IMG/VR virus record: IMGVR_UViG_3300027659_000037 | Coordinates: 1-60,661 of that record | DNA from: a virus | Taxonomy: Duplodnaviria > Caudoviricetes | Direction: 5' to 3' (one strand) | Length of the DNA: 60,661 nt | Part shown: positions 8,292 to 16,259 of the stretch, piece by piece | How positions within the stretch are numbered: position 1 is the stretch's first letter | Layout of the letters: every line of letters begins with the position of its first letter | Program-made: the position numbers and the translations under genes | The notes under the pieces: generated by a model | What the model saw: the letters and a program-made list of their open reading frames with translations, nothing else | Told to the model about the DNA's origin: nothing | Databases searched by the model: none

Positions 8292-10816
8292 TCATCCTTC
8301 TTTACTGGTGTTTTTTGTGGTTGGTTTCGCATCTGTCTATCCTGCTGTTTGCCTTGATGAGACAACTGCTCCCGTTGTCTGACCATGTCCATGCCTGTAC
8401 GGAAGCCATCAGCCTCTTGTTGATGCGCGCGCTGTGCTTCATTGTTCTGGTGTTGCATTGCAATCCTGGCTCCTTCAGTCTCTTGGTTGGCCTCAATACG
8501 CTTGAGTTCAACTTGAATCTGAGCCATCTTGGCCTGCATATCAGCCATGTCTTTCTGGGCCTTACGCTGCAAGTCTTGTTGCTTGATCTGCAACTCTTGT
8601 TGCTGCAACTGGATAAGCGGATCTTGAGCTTGCTGTTGGTTCTTCTGCTGTTGAGCTTCTTGCTGGTTTTGCTGGAGAAGTTGCTGAGATGCTTGCGCTG
8701 CCATCTTAGAAACTTGAACTTCCATCTCAGGAGACATTTGTTCTTCGTCCTTCTCCTCCTCGTATGGGGGTAAGGTCTGATCCATAGTCATCTCAACTTG
8801 CTTACGGTACTCCATACCTAAATGCTCGAATACGTGAGCCATCATTGCAGCTTGTAATTGCTGAGCCATCTGAGGATTCATACCCACGATGCTTTGTATT
8901 TTTGGATCCTGCATTGCTGTCATATGAACTGCAATATGGGCTTGATGATCCTGATACAAGAAAGCCTTGACCGGCTTATTAGAAAGGATGTTCATGTTCT
9001 CTGTGACTGGGTCACGCGGCTTCATGTCCTCTGCAACTGGTATCAATTTTTGGTAGTTCTTAATACCAATCACGTCTAACATCTGTCTATGAAGCTGGGG
9101 TAGGTCATACAGTTGTGGCGCAGTCTGGGCTAATTGAAGAGCCGCCTGATACTGAACAACTTTCTGAGCCATCGTTGCTGCATTAGGATCACTTACTGGA
9201 ATCACTTCCACGTAGTCATAGTCACTCTGCTTAGCGTGACGACCGCCTTCTTCTGGCTCGTAGCTGTACTCTGTAGGAGTGTAGTCGCGGATGATATCTT
9301 TGAGTAGCTTAAACTCCTGCCTCATCGAATAATGGACACGGGCCTGAATTGCACTCATAGTTTTGAGTTGACGCTCAAGAATAGCCAGCGTTGTACCAAC
9401 CGGGGACTGGGCCGACATGTCAGCCACTTGCAGGTCAACAGTGCCAGCAAACTTACGGCCTTCATCAATGATTGTCTGGAGGAGAGCAGCCAGAACCTGA
9501 CTTGGTTCTTTGTATGGCAGCGGCATTATGTTGTCGCGTAGGTTGCCACTTGGGACGTCCATGTCACGGAACTCTCCGGGACTTATCGGTGTGTCGTCTC
9601 CTTTGGATCGAAGCCCCCGTGTTTTAAAGCCCCCGGGTAGATTCGCCAGAGTACCAGCATCCACCAACTGACGCAGGATAGAAGTGCCAGACTTGGCAAA
9701 AGCACCAATAAGATGAATAAGGCCGAAACAGTAAAATCCAAAGCCCGGGATATAGCCGTAATGCACAAAGTGAGTACGTTTAATACATTGCTCATCTTCT
9801 GGTCTCCAGTTTCTACGTATCGCTAACACGTCACCTGAACTCTTCTCAATAGTGACGATGTAAGGCAGGGCAATCCCAGTCTCATTCCCATCGTCGTCCG
9901 TATGCTCATAACCGGGCAAGTCCATCTCGACCTGCATCTCCAAGAGCTTGAAACGGTCATCCTCAGACGCCCTAAAGCCAAGCTTCTCAGCGATCTTCTT
10001 CTCTACCTCGTCCATGACATTGATCGGATCACCCAAGTCAATATCTCGGTAAAAACCTTCATGCTGCAATTTCTTAAGCTCGTTCGCAGTTTTGCGCATC
10101 ACGTGGGTCACACGTTCTGCTGAGTCCAAACTTGAAGCACCGTAGGGCACAACCACGTCCTCGGCTGGCACATACATAGAGACCTGACGATTCAAGCTGG
10201 GATCAAAGTACACCTTCTTGAACGCGTTACCCGCCAGACCCAAGCCCCACAACATGCGCTCATGCTCGGGGCGAAACTCCTTCATCACGTCCGTCAGTTG
10301 GTAGTTCATATCTACCTGTACGCGCTCAGCCGCTTTCTTCTTCTCAGGAGTCTCTTTGCCGATGATCTGAGTCTTAACTGGGCCTGCTGCTGGGAACGTA
10401 GACATCATGGTCTCAGCTTGAAACTTAACGACGGACTCACTCAATATTGGGTGAAACACACCACATGCTCCGGGCCAAGGCTCCATACGTTCTTCAAGCT
10501 TCATACCAAGCAACTCAAGACCATCTACATATGTCTGAATATAATCTTTGCGACTAGAGACATCTGCCTCATACTCACCAACAAGATCCCCAGATAAGCG
10601 CGTCAAGTCGTCATCGCTCATATCTTCAGCTAAGTTCTTGCTAAACTCGTCTTCGTCCTCAGACTTCTCCATCTCAATCTCAAAGCCCGGGCCTCTGATA
10701 CTTACAGCTTCTGGGTCTTCGATCGTGATCTCAATCGGCTCATCTTCCTCACCAAGTTGCTCTATGCCCTGAGGTGCGTCTGTATAGACTGATTTGTCCA
10801 TGTTTGTTGCCATCAT
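8288..10816 (-). CDS. Portal protein
   Basis: 842 aa after TerL; PWPGACGVFHPILSESVVKFQA, LRQLVDAGTLANLP; Gln-rich C-terminal barrel as in P22-type portals. Confidence 0.88.
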   Translation of the reverse strand: MMATNMDKSVYTDAPQGIEQLGEEDEPIEITIEDPEAVSIRGPGFEIEMEKSEDEDEFSKNLAEDMSDDDLTRLSGDLVGEYEADVSSRKDYIQTYVDGLELLGMKLEERMEPWPGACGVFHPILSESVVKFQAETMMSTFPAAGPVKTQIIGKETPEKKKAAERVQVDMNYQLTDVMKEFRPEHERMLWGLGLAGNAFKKVYFDPSLNRQVSMYVPAEDVVVPYGASSLDSAERVTHVMRKTANELKKLQHEGFYRDIDLGDPINVMDEVEKKIAEKLGFRASEDDRFKLLEMQVEMDLPGYEHTDDDGNETGIALPYIVTIEKSSGDVLAIRRNWRPEDEQCIKRTHFVHYGYIPGFGFYCFGLIHLIGAFAKSGTSILRQLVDAGTLANLPGGFKTRGLRSKGDDTPISPGEFRDMDVPSGNLRDNIMPLPYKEPSQVLAALLQTIIDEGRKFAGTVDLQVADMSAQSPVGTTLAILERQLKTMSAIQARVHYSMRQEFKLLKDIIRDYTPTEYSYEPEEGGRHAKQSDYDYVEVIPVSDPNAATMAQKVVQYQAALQLAQTAPQLYDLPQLHRQMLDVIGIKNYQKLIPVAEDMKPRDPVTENMNILSNKPVKAFLYQDHQAHIAVHMTAMQDPKIQSIVGMNPQMAQQLQAAMMAHVFEHLGMEYRKQVEMTMDQTLPPYEEEKDEEQMSPEMEVQVSKMAAQASQQLLQQNQQEAQQQKNQQQAQDPLIQLQQQELQIKQQDLQRKAQKDMADMQAKMAQIQVELKRIEANQETEGARIAMQHQNNEAQRAHQQEADGFRTGMDMVRQREQLSHQGKQQDRQMRNQPQKTPVKKDE

Positions 10817-11076
10817 CTACCCTTTAGAGTTGCCCGGTTTGTACGAGCTGAATACGTAAAATCTTTTGCGGGGTGACCTGTGCTTTTCACTGCACGATCC
10901 TTTGCCCGTTCTTCAGCAGTCATCATGTTGCGTTTCTGTCCTGCTGCTGTCAGTGACCCGTCTTCCTTCATATGCCCACGCTGTTTGAGTATGGCAATCG
11001 CCGTGTCCTTGTTACCGACCTGTGCTGCAAGCCGATCAACCAACTGATTGCGTCCCATAAACTTCTGTGTAGTCAC
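10813..11076 (-). CDS. Hypothetical basic protein
   Basis: 87-aa ORF coupled by 4-nt overlaps on both sides. Confidence 0.6.
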   Translation of the reverse strand: MTTQKFMGRNQLVDRLAAQVGNKDTAIAILKQRGHMKEDGSLTAAGQKRNMMTAEERAKDRAVKSTGHPAKDFTYSARTNRATLKGR

Positions 11077-11576
11077 TTGACCATTCTCCCTCTAGTCTTG
11101 CCACGGGAAGCTATGCCATCTGCGCGGGAAGAAGCGGTAACCTTGCCCCCCTTTTTAAGAGGTTCAAAACCCCCGCTGTCTGGGTTGTATCTCTCCACAT
11201 CTTTCCTGCTTACCGCCCTGTTTTTGGGAACTTTTTCAATTGGTACGCGAAGCACGGAGGAGCCTTCAGAAACATTGGTCGGCACATTGTCAGACTGGGT
11301 GAAGTATTTTTGTTTTTTACCGCCTTCTTTAGGAAGCATATACCCAGATTCTTTAATTGCCTCAAGTTCTTCTGGCCCTCTTACGTTTCGACCAGCATAT
11401 TTACCAGAAGCTGGCAAACCGTCTGTTTCTGAATAAACTGAGTTTTTAACTCTTGGGCGCATGAAAACTTCGGCTTTGTCTTTGATTTTCCCCATCAAAG
11501 AACTAAACCCGCCTCCGCTCCCGCCGCCTTCAAGCAATTGTTCGTCTAGTCCGCGTTTTGAATTGTTTTTAGCCAT
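11073..11576 (-). CDS. Tagged protein with a putative ADP-ribosyltransferase-like core
   Basis: DEQLLEGGG leader; core GRNVRGPEELEAIKESG...KYFT; C-terminal LKKGG..SSRADGIASRGKTRGRMV. Confidence 0.6.
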   Translation of the reverse strand: MAKNNSKRGLDEQLLEGGGSGGGFSSLMGKIKDKAEVFMRPRVKNSVYSETDGLPASGKYAGRNVRGPEELEAIKESGYMLPKEGGKKQKYFTQSDNVPTNVSEGSSVLRVPIEKVPKNRAVSRKDVERYNPDSGGFEPLKKGGKVTASSRADGIASRGKTRGRMVK

Positions 11577-11584
11577 GTGAGTCC

Positions 11585-13111
11585 TTAATAATATGCCGCT
11601 TTTTTGCGGAACATCTTCTTGACGAAAGTGTCTTCTGGCTCATCGGTATCCAAGCGGATAAAGCCACCCTGCCGAAATCTCAACAGAGCCAATGTTGTGG
11701 AGTCTACCAAGTCATCGTTCGCTCCGCTAGGGAAGTCGTTGCATTCTTCTATGACTTCCTTTGCCCATCGTCTGTCCGGCGCATAGACCACGCCCCCTTG
11801 GAACAGACTGGAAACTGCGTTGACACGGGCAATCTTGTCCTGCCCCTTGCCCGGGGTGAACTCACCCACCGGTATGCCCATGCGCCTGAACTCTTGGTAC
11901 AGCGCCGCTCCGTTGGACTTCTTCTCCACCATGAACGCGTCTGGCTGCCACTCTTTGTACTCGTCAATGATCAAGGCTTTCAACTCGGGAAACTCGAGAC
12001 GTTTCTTGATTGAGTTTAAGAGAATGATCGCGTAATTGTTCGTCTCCTCATTGAAGAAGACTCCCCACGTCGTCAAAGCGTTGTAATCTGACCGATTTGT
12101 GGCTTCCTGCGCCGCATCCAGACTCATGATGGTGAACTCGCACGGGGGTGGCTCCTCTTTGTCCCAGATCTTCCACCACTCCCTCTTAATAAGAGCGCCT
12201 TCCTCGGACACGGGGTTCTGCATGTATTGGGCATTCCAATACCGCACGTCCAGCGCAGCTTTCTTGGCGTAAAGCTCTTCTACAGGCCAAAACTCGGGCC
12301 AAAGTGCCTCGCCATCGTCTGTGATTGCTGGAAACTCGACCACTTCCCACTGATCGACACCCTCTTCGCGGTTCATCTGGTTGACAATCATCCCTGTCAA
12401 GTCCAGCTTCGACCACCGAGTCATCACAACAATGATTGCACCGCCCGGCATAAGTCGCTGGAGAGGGCCAGACTGAAACCACTCCCAAGCAGGAAGAAAA
12501 ACATCAGCTCGCCCAGTCTTAGCGTCTTGTTCCGAATGAGGATCATCAATAATAAACAGATCAGCACCTCGACCAGCAAGAGCGCCACCCACACCGATTG
12601 CGAAATATTCCCCATGGAAGTTTGTACCCCATCTTGATGCCGACTTCGAGTCAGCTTGCAGCTCAACTTGCGGAAAAATGTCCTTGTAGTTGTCCATTCC
12701 CACCAAATTTCGCACTCTACGACCAAAATTCACTGCCAAATCAGCAGTGTGCGAGGCCATGATGATCTTTTTCTGTGGGTGCTTGCCCAAAAACCATGCT
12801 GGAGCAAGGTATGAAATCAATTCTGACTTACCGTGACGGGGTGCGATGTTTACAATCACCCTTTTCTTCTTGCCGTTGGCAATATCCTCGAAGATTTGGG
12901 CCAATTTCAGGTGGTGAGGGCCAACTTTGTACCCCGGATAGACGTGTTTGACGAAGTCAAGGAACGATTCCTTGCTCAAATCCTGCGTCATCTGGGCATC
13001 GTAGGTCTTAAGTAGCTCAAGAGTGCGTCTCTTTTGCTTCTCGGGCATTGTCGGCAGGGCTTGCCGTAGTTTAAATAGCTGTTCTGGAGAGAGTTGTGGA
13101 AGTGCTGTCAT
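11585..13111 (-). CDS. terL: Terminase large subunit
   Basis: Walker A IAPRHGKS, Walker B FIIDDPH, coupling motif MTRW, nuclease SLDAA...DDLVDS. Confidence 0.95.
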   Translation of the reverse strand: MTALPQLSPEQLFKLRQALPTMPEKQKRRTLELLKTYDAQMTQDLSKESFLDFVKHVYPGYKVGPHHLKLAQIFEDIANGKKKRVIVNIAPRHGKSELISYLAPAWFLGKHPQKKIIMASHTADLAVNFGRRVRNLVGMDNYKDIFPQVELQADSKSASRWGTNFHGEYFAIGVGGALAGRGADLFIIDDPHSEQDAKTGRADVFLPAWEWFQSGPLQRLMPGGAIIVVMTRWSKLDLTGMIVNQMNREEGVDQWEVVEFPAITDDGEALWPEFWPVEELYAKKAALDVRYWNAQYMQNPVSEEGALIKREWWKIWDKEEPPPCEFTIMSLDAAQEATNRSDYNALTTWGVFFNEETNNYAIILLNSIKKRLEFPELKALIIDEYKEWQPDAFMVEKKSNGAALYQEFRRMGIPVGEFTPGKGQDKIARVNAVSSLFQGGVVYAPDRRWAKEVIEECNDFPSGANDDLVDSTTLALLRFRQGGFIRLDTDEPEDTFVKKMFRKKAAYY

Positions 13112-13707
13112 TCGTCTTGTTCAGTGTCTCTTCGCAGAGGGCTTTCGCTACGCACAATCTCGCGGGCCTCGACGTCTATCGCTTTGTCTTCGAGTTTAGT
13201 CAGGGTGTCCAAGAGTTCCTTTTCGACTTCCTCGATCGACATGATCTTATGCGTCACTTCACTGCGCTTCTTGAAAGCGTCTACGCCATCAACCTCACCT
13301 AATTTAGATAGGGCAGTGATACGAGCCTTGGCATCCTTGGCACTTTCAATCTCTGCCACCAGCTTGTTGACCACATACATCTTTAAGTCAGACAACTCTT
13401 CAACGATGGACACGTTCATCTGAGCCACCATACCGGCAAGCATGGCAAGGGTCTCGTTGGGGTACTTAGAGAAGTCAGGTCTGAGCGTCGGGTCTGAGAT
13501 CATTTGCCGAGCAAGTGCCTTGGCTTGGTCAGCGTTTTCTTGTGTTGGAGCAAGGGGGTTGCCCGTCAGATCTGACATCAGCTTCACCACGTTGGCCCTC
13601 ATGGTGAGTTCTTCAGACGGAGACAGATCTGGGAACGCATCTGAGGCGTTCTTGGGTAGAGGGATGTTCTCCTCTATATAAGGCATGATCTGTTCCATGT
13701 CGGGCAT
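13108..13707 (-). CDS. Putative terminase small subunit
   Basis: 199-aa helical protein overlapping the TerL start; first gene of the late arm. Confidence 0.55.
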   Translation of the reverse strand: MPDMEQIMPYIEENIPLPKNASDAFPDLSPSEELTMRANVVKLMSDLTGNPLAPTQENADQAKALARQMISDPTLRPDFSKYPNETLAMLAGMVAQMNVSIVEELSDLKMYVVNKLVAEIESAKDAKARITALSKLGEVDGVDAFKKRSEVTHKIMSIEEVEKELLDTLTKLEDKAIDVEAREIVRSESPLRRDTEQDE

Positions 13708-13932
13708 AGGCTCCGTTTTGTAGCTGAGGTGTTAGCGCAGGGAGTTCTAAGTTGTACCAACAAGCAAGGAGCAATGTTTACTCAGGTGCTATGCGCTAAC
13801 GACCCGAATGTATCATAAAAATATATCTTTGCACAAGCAGGAGGTAAGGAATCCTACCCGGGGGGTCATTTCGTTTTTCCAAGTTGCTACGGGGTGTGTA
13901 ATTCGCATGGGGGGGTGGTGCTACAGGAGTAA

Positions 13933-14020
13933 GTACGTCTTGGCGGGTACGTCTCGGCGGGTACGTCTCGGCGGGTACGTCTCGGTGGGTACGTCTCGGT
14001 GGGTACGTCTCGGTGGGTAC
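13933..14020. repeat. Tandem repeat, 6.3 x 14 bp (GTACGTCTCGGYGG)
   Basis: Units start at 13933, 13947, 13961, 13975, 13989 and 14003. Confidence 0.95.
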
Positions 14021-14113
14021 TTCAGATCCGGCAATAAGTAGCGGCTTGCTGCCGCACCTTTTAGGCAAAAAACTCAATGGTGGCAGGGAGTTAGGTGCTA
14101 GATCCGGCGGTGG

Positions 14114-14189
14114 TGTGTAATTGGGGAACTTGACATATATGAGTCTATGGATAAGGGACTCTGTGTAATTCGCGGTAACTTGACATATA
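14114..14189 (+). repeat. Direct repeat TGTGTAATT-N4/5-AACTTGACATATA (2 copies)
   Basis: Copies start at 14114 and 14162; each contains TTGACA (14130, 14180). Confidence 0.7.
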
Positions 14190-14306
14190 ACTGGGGCGGA
14201 TTTTTGAAAAATATGTAATCGTTTGTGTGGTTCAGAGGGGGGTGGCATGGGGGGAGAGGCTCATTGTGGTTTAGGGGGGTAGGGGTCGGTGTGGGCTTAT
14301 TTAGCG

Positions 14307-14356
14307 TTCCGTCTCCTGCCGGAATGATTGACTATTCACTCTACATCATCTATTAT
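14307..14356 (+). promoter_or_regulatory. Palindromic site plus sigma70-type promoter
   Basis: TTCCGTC-tcct-GCCGGAA at 14307-14324; TTGACT (14328), 17-bp spacer, TATTAT (14351). Confidence 0.75.
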
Positions 14357-14417
14357 TCTTTTATCGGAAGCAATTCGGCAACCGATAACCCTGTAAACCC
14401 TTTATAAGGAAATGAAA

Positions 14418-15086
14418 ATGGCTAAAGCAAAAACCCTGACTGCCCAAGCAGTCGCAGTGCAGTTCACTTCAGTGACAGACATCGCAGTGCAACATGGTCA
14501 AGCAGAGAATAAGATCTCTGCCTGTGCTGAGTACGCACTGGACATAATCAAAGGCTTTCCAGTACTGAAAGAAGTCTCAGAAGAAAACGTCAAAGCCCTG
14601 CGAGACGGTTATTCTTTGCATCATCGCAGTGTCTATAAGCCTAAGACATATGCAGTCATCAGTGGACAATACTTTGAGGCAACCCCAGATCATCTGGCAA
14701 ACGACAAAGTCGAAAAGATCAACGCAACGATCGACTGGGCAATGGTCTGGACACCCAATGAGATGGCGACTGAATTCAAAGATCGTCCAGAATTAAAAAA
14801 GATCGTCGAAAAAGTACGCAAAGCACATTTAACTTATGTGTCTGACACACTGGGTAAATTGGTACGCAAAGCAGAGGCGATTTTAAAAGATCGTGCGGGT
14901 ATCAAAGCAGAACGTAGAATAGTTCTGTTTGTGAATACAGTCGGAGACTTCTTTGCAGCACAGGAAAAGTCAGTGAAAGTTAAGCAGACTCGAAGTGGCG
15001 ATGCTACTGCTAACCCTGAGAAGTTTAAGGAGGCAGTCAAAGCCTTTTGGTTAGCATATGGTCAGAGACCTACTCAGTCTAAGTAA
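14418..15086 (+). CDS. Early hypothetical protein, paralog A
   Basis: AAGGA RBS; colinear with 15319-15972 over its whole length. Confidence 0.85.
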   Translation: MAKAKTLTAQAVAVQFTSVTDIAVQHGQAENKISACAEYALDIIKGFPVLKEVSEENVKALRDGYSLHHRSVYKPKTYAVISGQYFEATPDHLANDKVEKINATIDWAMVWTPNEMATEFKDRPELKKIVEKVRKAHLTYVSDTLGKLVRKAEAILKDRAGIKAERRIVLFVNTVGDFFAAQEKSVKVKQTRSGDATANPEKFKEAVKAFWLAYGQRPTQSK

Positions 15087-15095
15087 TTAGACTCT

Positions 15096-15135
15096 AAGCC
15101 CAGACCGGATTAATTTCCGGTCTGGGCTTTTTTTT
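15096..15135 (+). terminator. Rho-independent terminator
   Basis: 14-bp stem AAGCCCAGACCGGA/TCCGGTCTGGGCTT plus T run. Confidence 0.9.
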
Positions 15136-15145
15136 GTCCCGCTAT

Positions 15146-15172
15146 TTGAGACCAGTTATGTAAGGGCGCGCG
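15146..15172 (+). repeat. 27-bp box TTGAGACCAGTTATGTAAGGGCGCGCG, copy 1
   Basis: Identical to 16025-16051. Confidence 0.9.
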
Positions 15173-15215
15173 TGAGATCGAGCGAGGATGTCGAGCGCGA
15201 AACTATTAAATAGTG

Positions 15216-15265
15216 TTCCGTCACCTGACGGATTGATTGACATTCTATATGGTCTCAGCTATTAT
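15216..15265 (+). promoter_or_regulatory. Palindromic site plus sigma70-type promoter
   Basis: TTCCGTC-acct-GACGGAT at 15216-15233; TTGACA (15237), 17-bp spacer, TATTAT (15260). Confidence 0.8.
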
Positions 15266-15318
15266 TCTTTTACCTGATGCAAATCAGGTATTTCAATCAA
15301 CCCTTAAAAGGAAATGTA

Positions 15319-15972
15319 ATGTCAAATCGTAAAACCCCGATAGCTCAAGCTATCAACCCCGTGGCTTTTGTCTCAATTACTGACATTGGTTTACAGCATG
15401 GCAAGGCTGAGAATCGTATTGATTCATGCGCTGAATCAGCCCTTGACCATATCGTAGGTTTCCCCATTCTCAAGGATGTCTCAACTGAGGATATCAAATC
15501 CTTGCGTGACGGCTATTCATTGGCTCACAAGGAAATCTACAAGGCTGTCACCTATGCTGTTATCAATGGACAGTATTTTCCCGCCACGCCAGAACACCTT
15601 GAAAACAAGAAGGTTGAGAAAATCGAAGCCACGATAGATTACGTCATGAGTTTCACGGCTAATCAAATGGGTACGGATTTCAAGGACAACCCCAACCTCA
15701 AGGCTGTCGTTGAGAAGGTTCGCAAGGCTCACCTCACTTATATATCTGATAAGTTAGGCAAGTTGGTGGACAAGGCTGAGAAGATTCTTAGAATACGCTC
15801 AGGTATCAAGGTTGAGCGCCAAGTGGTGTTATTCATTGATACCATGAAGAAGATATTTGAAGCACAAGGGAAATCTGTCAAGGTGAAACAATCTCAGCGT
15901 GGTGACGCCACGGCTAATCCTGAGAAATACAAAAAGGCTGTTGAAGCTTTTTGGCAAGCGTACAAAGCGTAA
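15319..15972 (+). CDS. Early hypothetical protein, paralog B
   Basis: AAGGA RBS before ATG 15319; paralog of 14418-15086. Confidence 0.85.
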   Translation: MSNRKTPIAQAINPVAFVSITDIGLQHGKAENRIDSCAESALDHIVGFPILKDVSTEDIKSLRDGYSLAHKEIYKAVTYAVINGQYFPATPEHLENKKVEKIEATIDYVMSFTANQMGTDFKDNPNLKAVVEKVRKAHLTYISDKLGKLVDKAEKILRIRSGIKVERQVVLFIDTMKKIFEAQGKSVKVKQSQRGDATANPEKYKKAVEAFWQAYKA

Positions 15973-15983
15973 CGCTTGAGCCG

Positions 15984-16015
15984 AACCCCGAGCCGCAAGG
16001 TTCGGGGTTTTTTTT
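15984..16015 (+). terminator. Rho-independent terminator
   Basis: AACCCCGAGCC-GCAA-GGTTCGGGGTT plus T run. Confidence 0.9.
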
Positions 16016-16024
16016 CGCCCTTAA

Positions 16025-16051
16025 TTGAGACCAGTTATGTAAGGGCGCGCG
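16025..16051 (+). repeat. 27-bp box, copy 2
   Basis: Identical to 15146-15172. Confidence 0.9.
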
Positions 16052-16090
16052 CGTGATTAGCGTGTGCGTGGTTTATGAGCTTAATTAGCG

Positions 16091-16108
16091 TTCCGTCTGG
16101 TGACGGAA
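16091..16108. promoter_or_regulatory. Palindromic site TTCCGTC-N4-GACGGAA
   Basis: Perfect match to the recurrent motif. Confidence 0.75.
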
Positions 16109-16120
16109 TGGGATCATCGC

Positions 16121-16214
16121 CTACCGTTCTCAGAACTCACACTACCAAAAACACGTCTACATCATCTACCGTTCTCAGAACTGATGATCTACATCGCCTA
16201 CCGTTCTCAGAACT
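16121..16214. repeat. Three copies of CTACCGTTCTCAGAACT
   Basis: 16121-16137, 16166-16182, 16198-16214; internal palindrome GTTCT-C-AGAAC. Confidence 0.9.
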
Positions 16215-16259
16215 GATAGATTTGAACGCACAAAGCATACTAACTTTACATGTTCCAAA

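Noticed and set aside
13731-13800. tRNA-like element upstream of terS
   Set aside because: A 9-bp closing stem (GTTAGCGCA/TGCGCTAAC) exists, but there is no T-loop GTTCRA or cloverleaf.
13933-14020. Tandem repeat as a CRISPR array
   Set aside because: Units are contiguous 14-mers with no spacers.
13796-14407. ORFs 13796-14248, 13808-14041 and 14225-14407
   Set aside because: Translations merely reflect the tandem repeat and G-runs; no RBS; likely non-coding.
16121-16214. Mini-CRISPR array
   Set aside because: Repeats are only 17 bp; spacers are 28 and 15 bp and partly similar to each other; no cas operon. The Cas4-like gene is an ordinary phage exonuclease.
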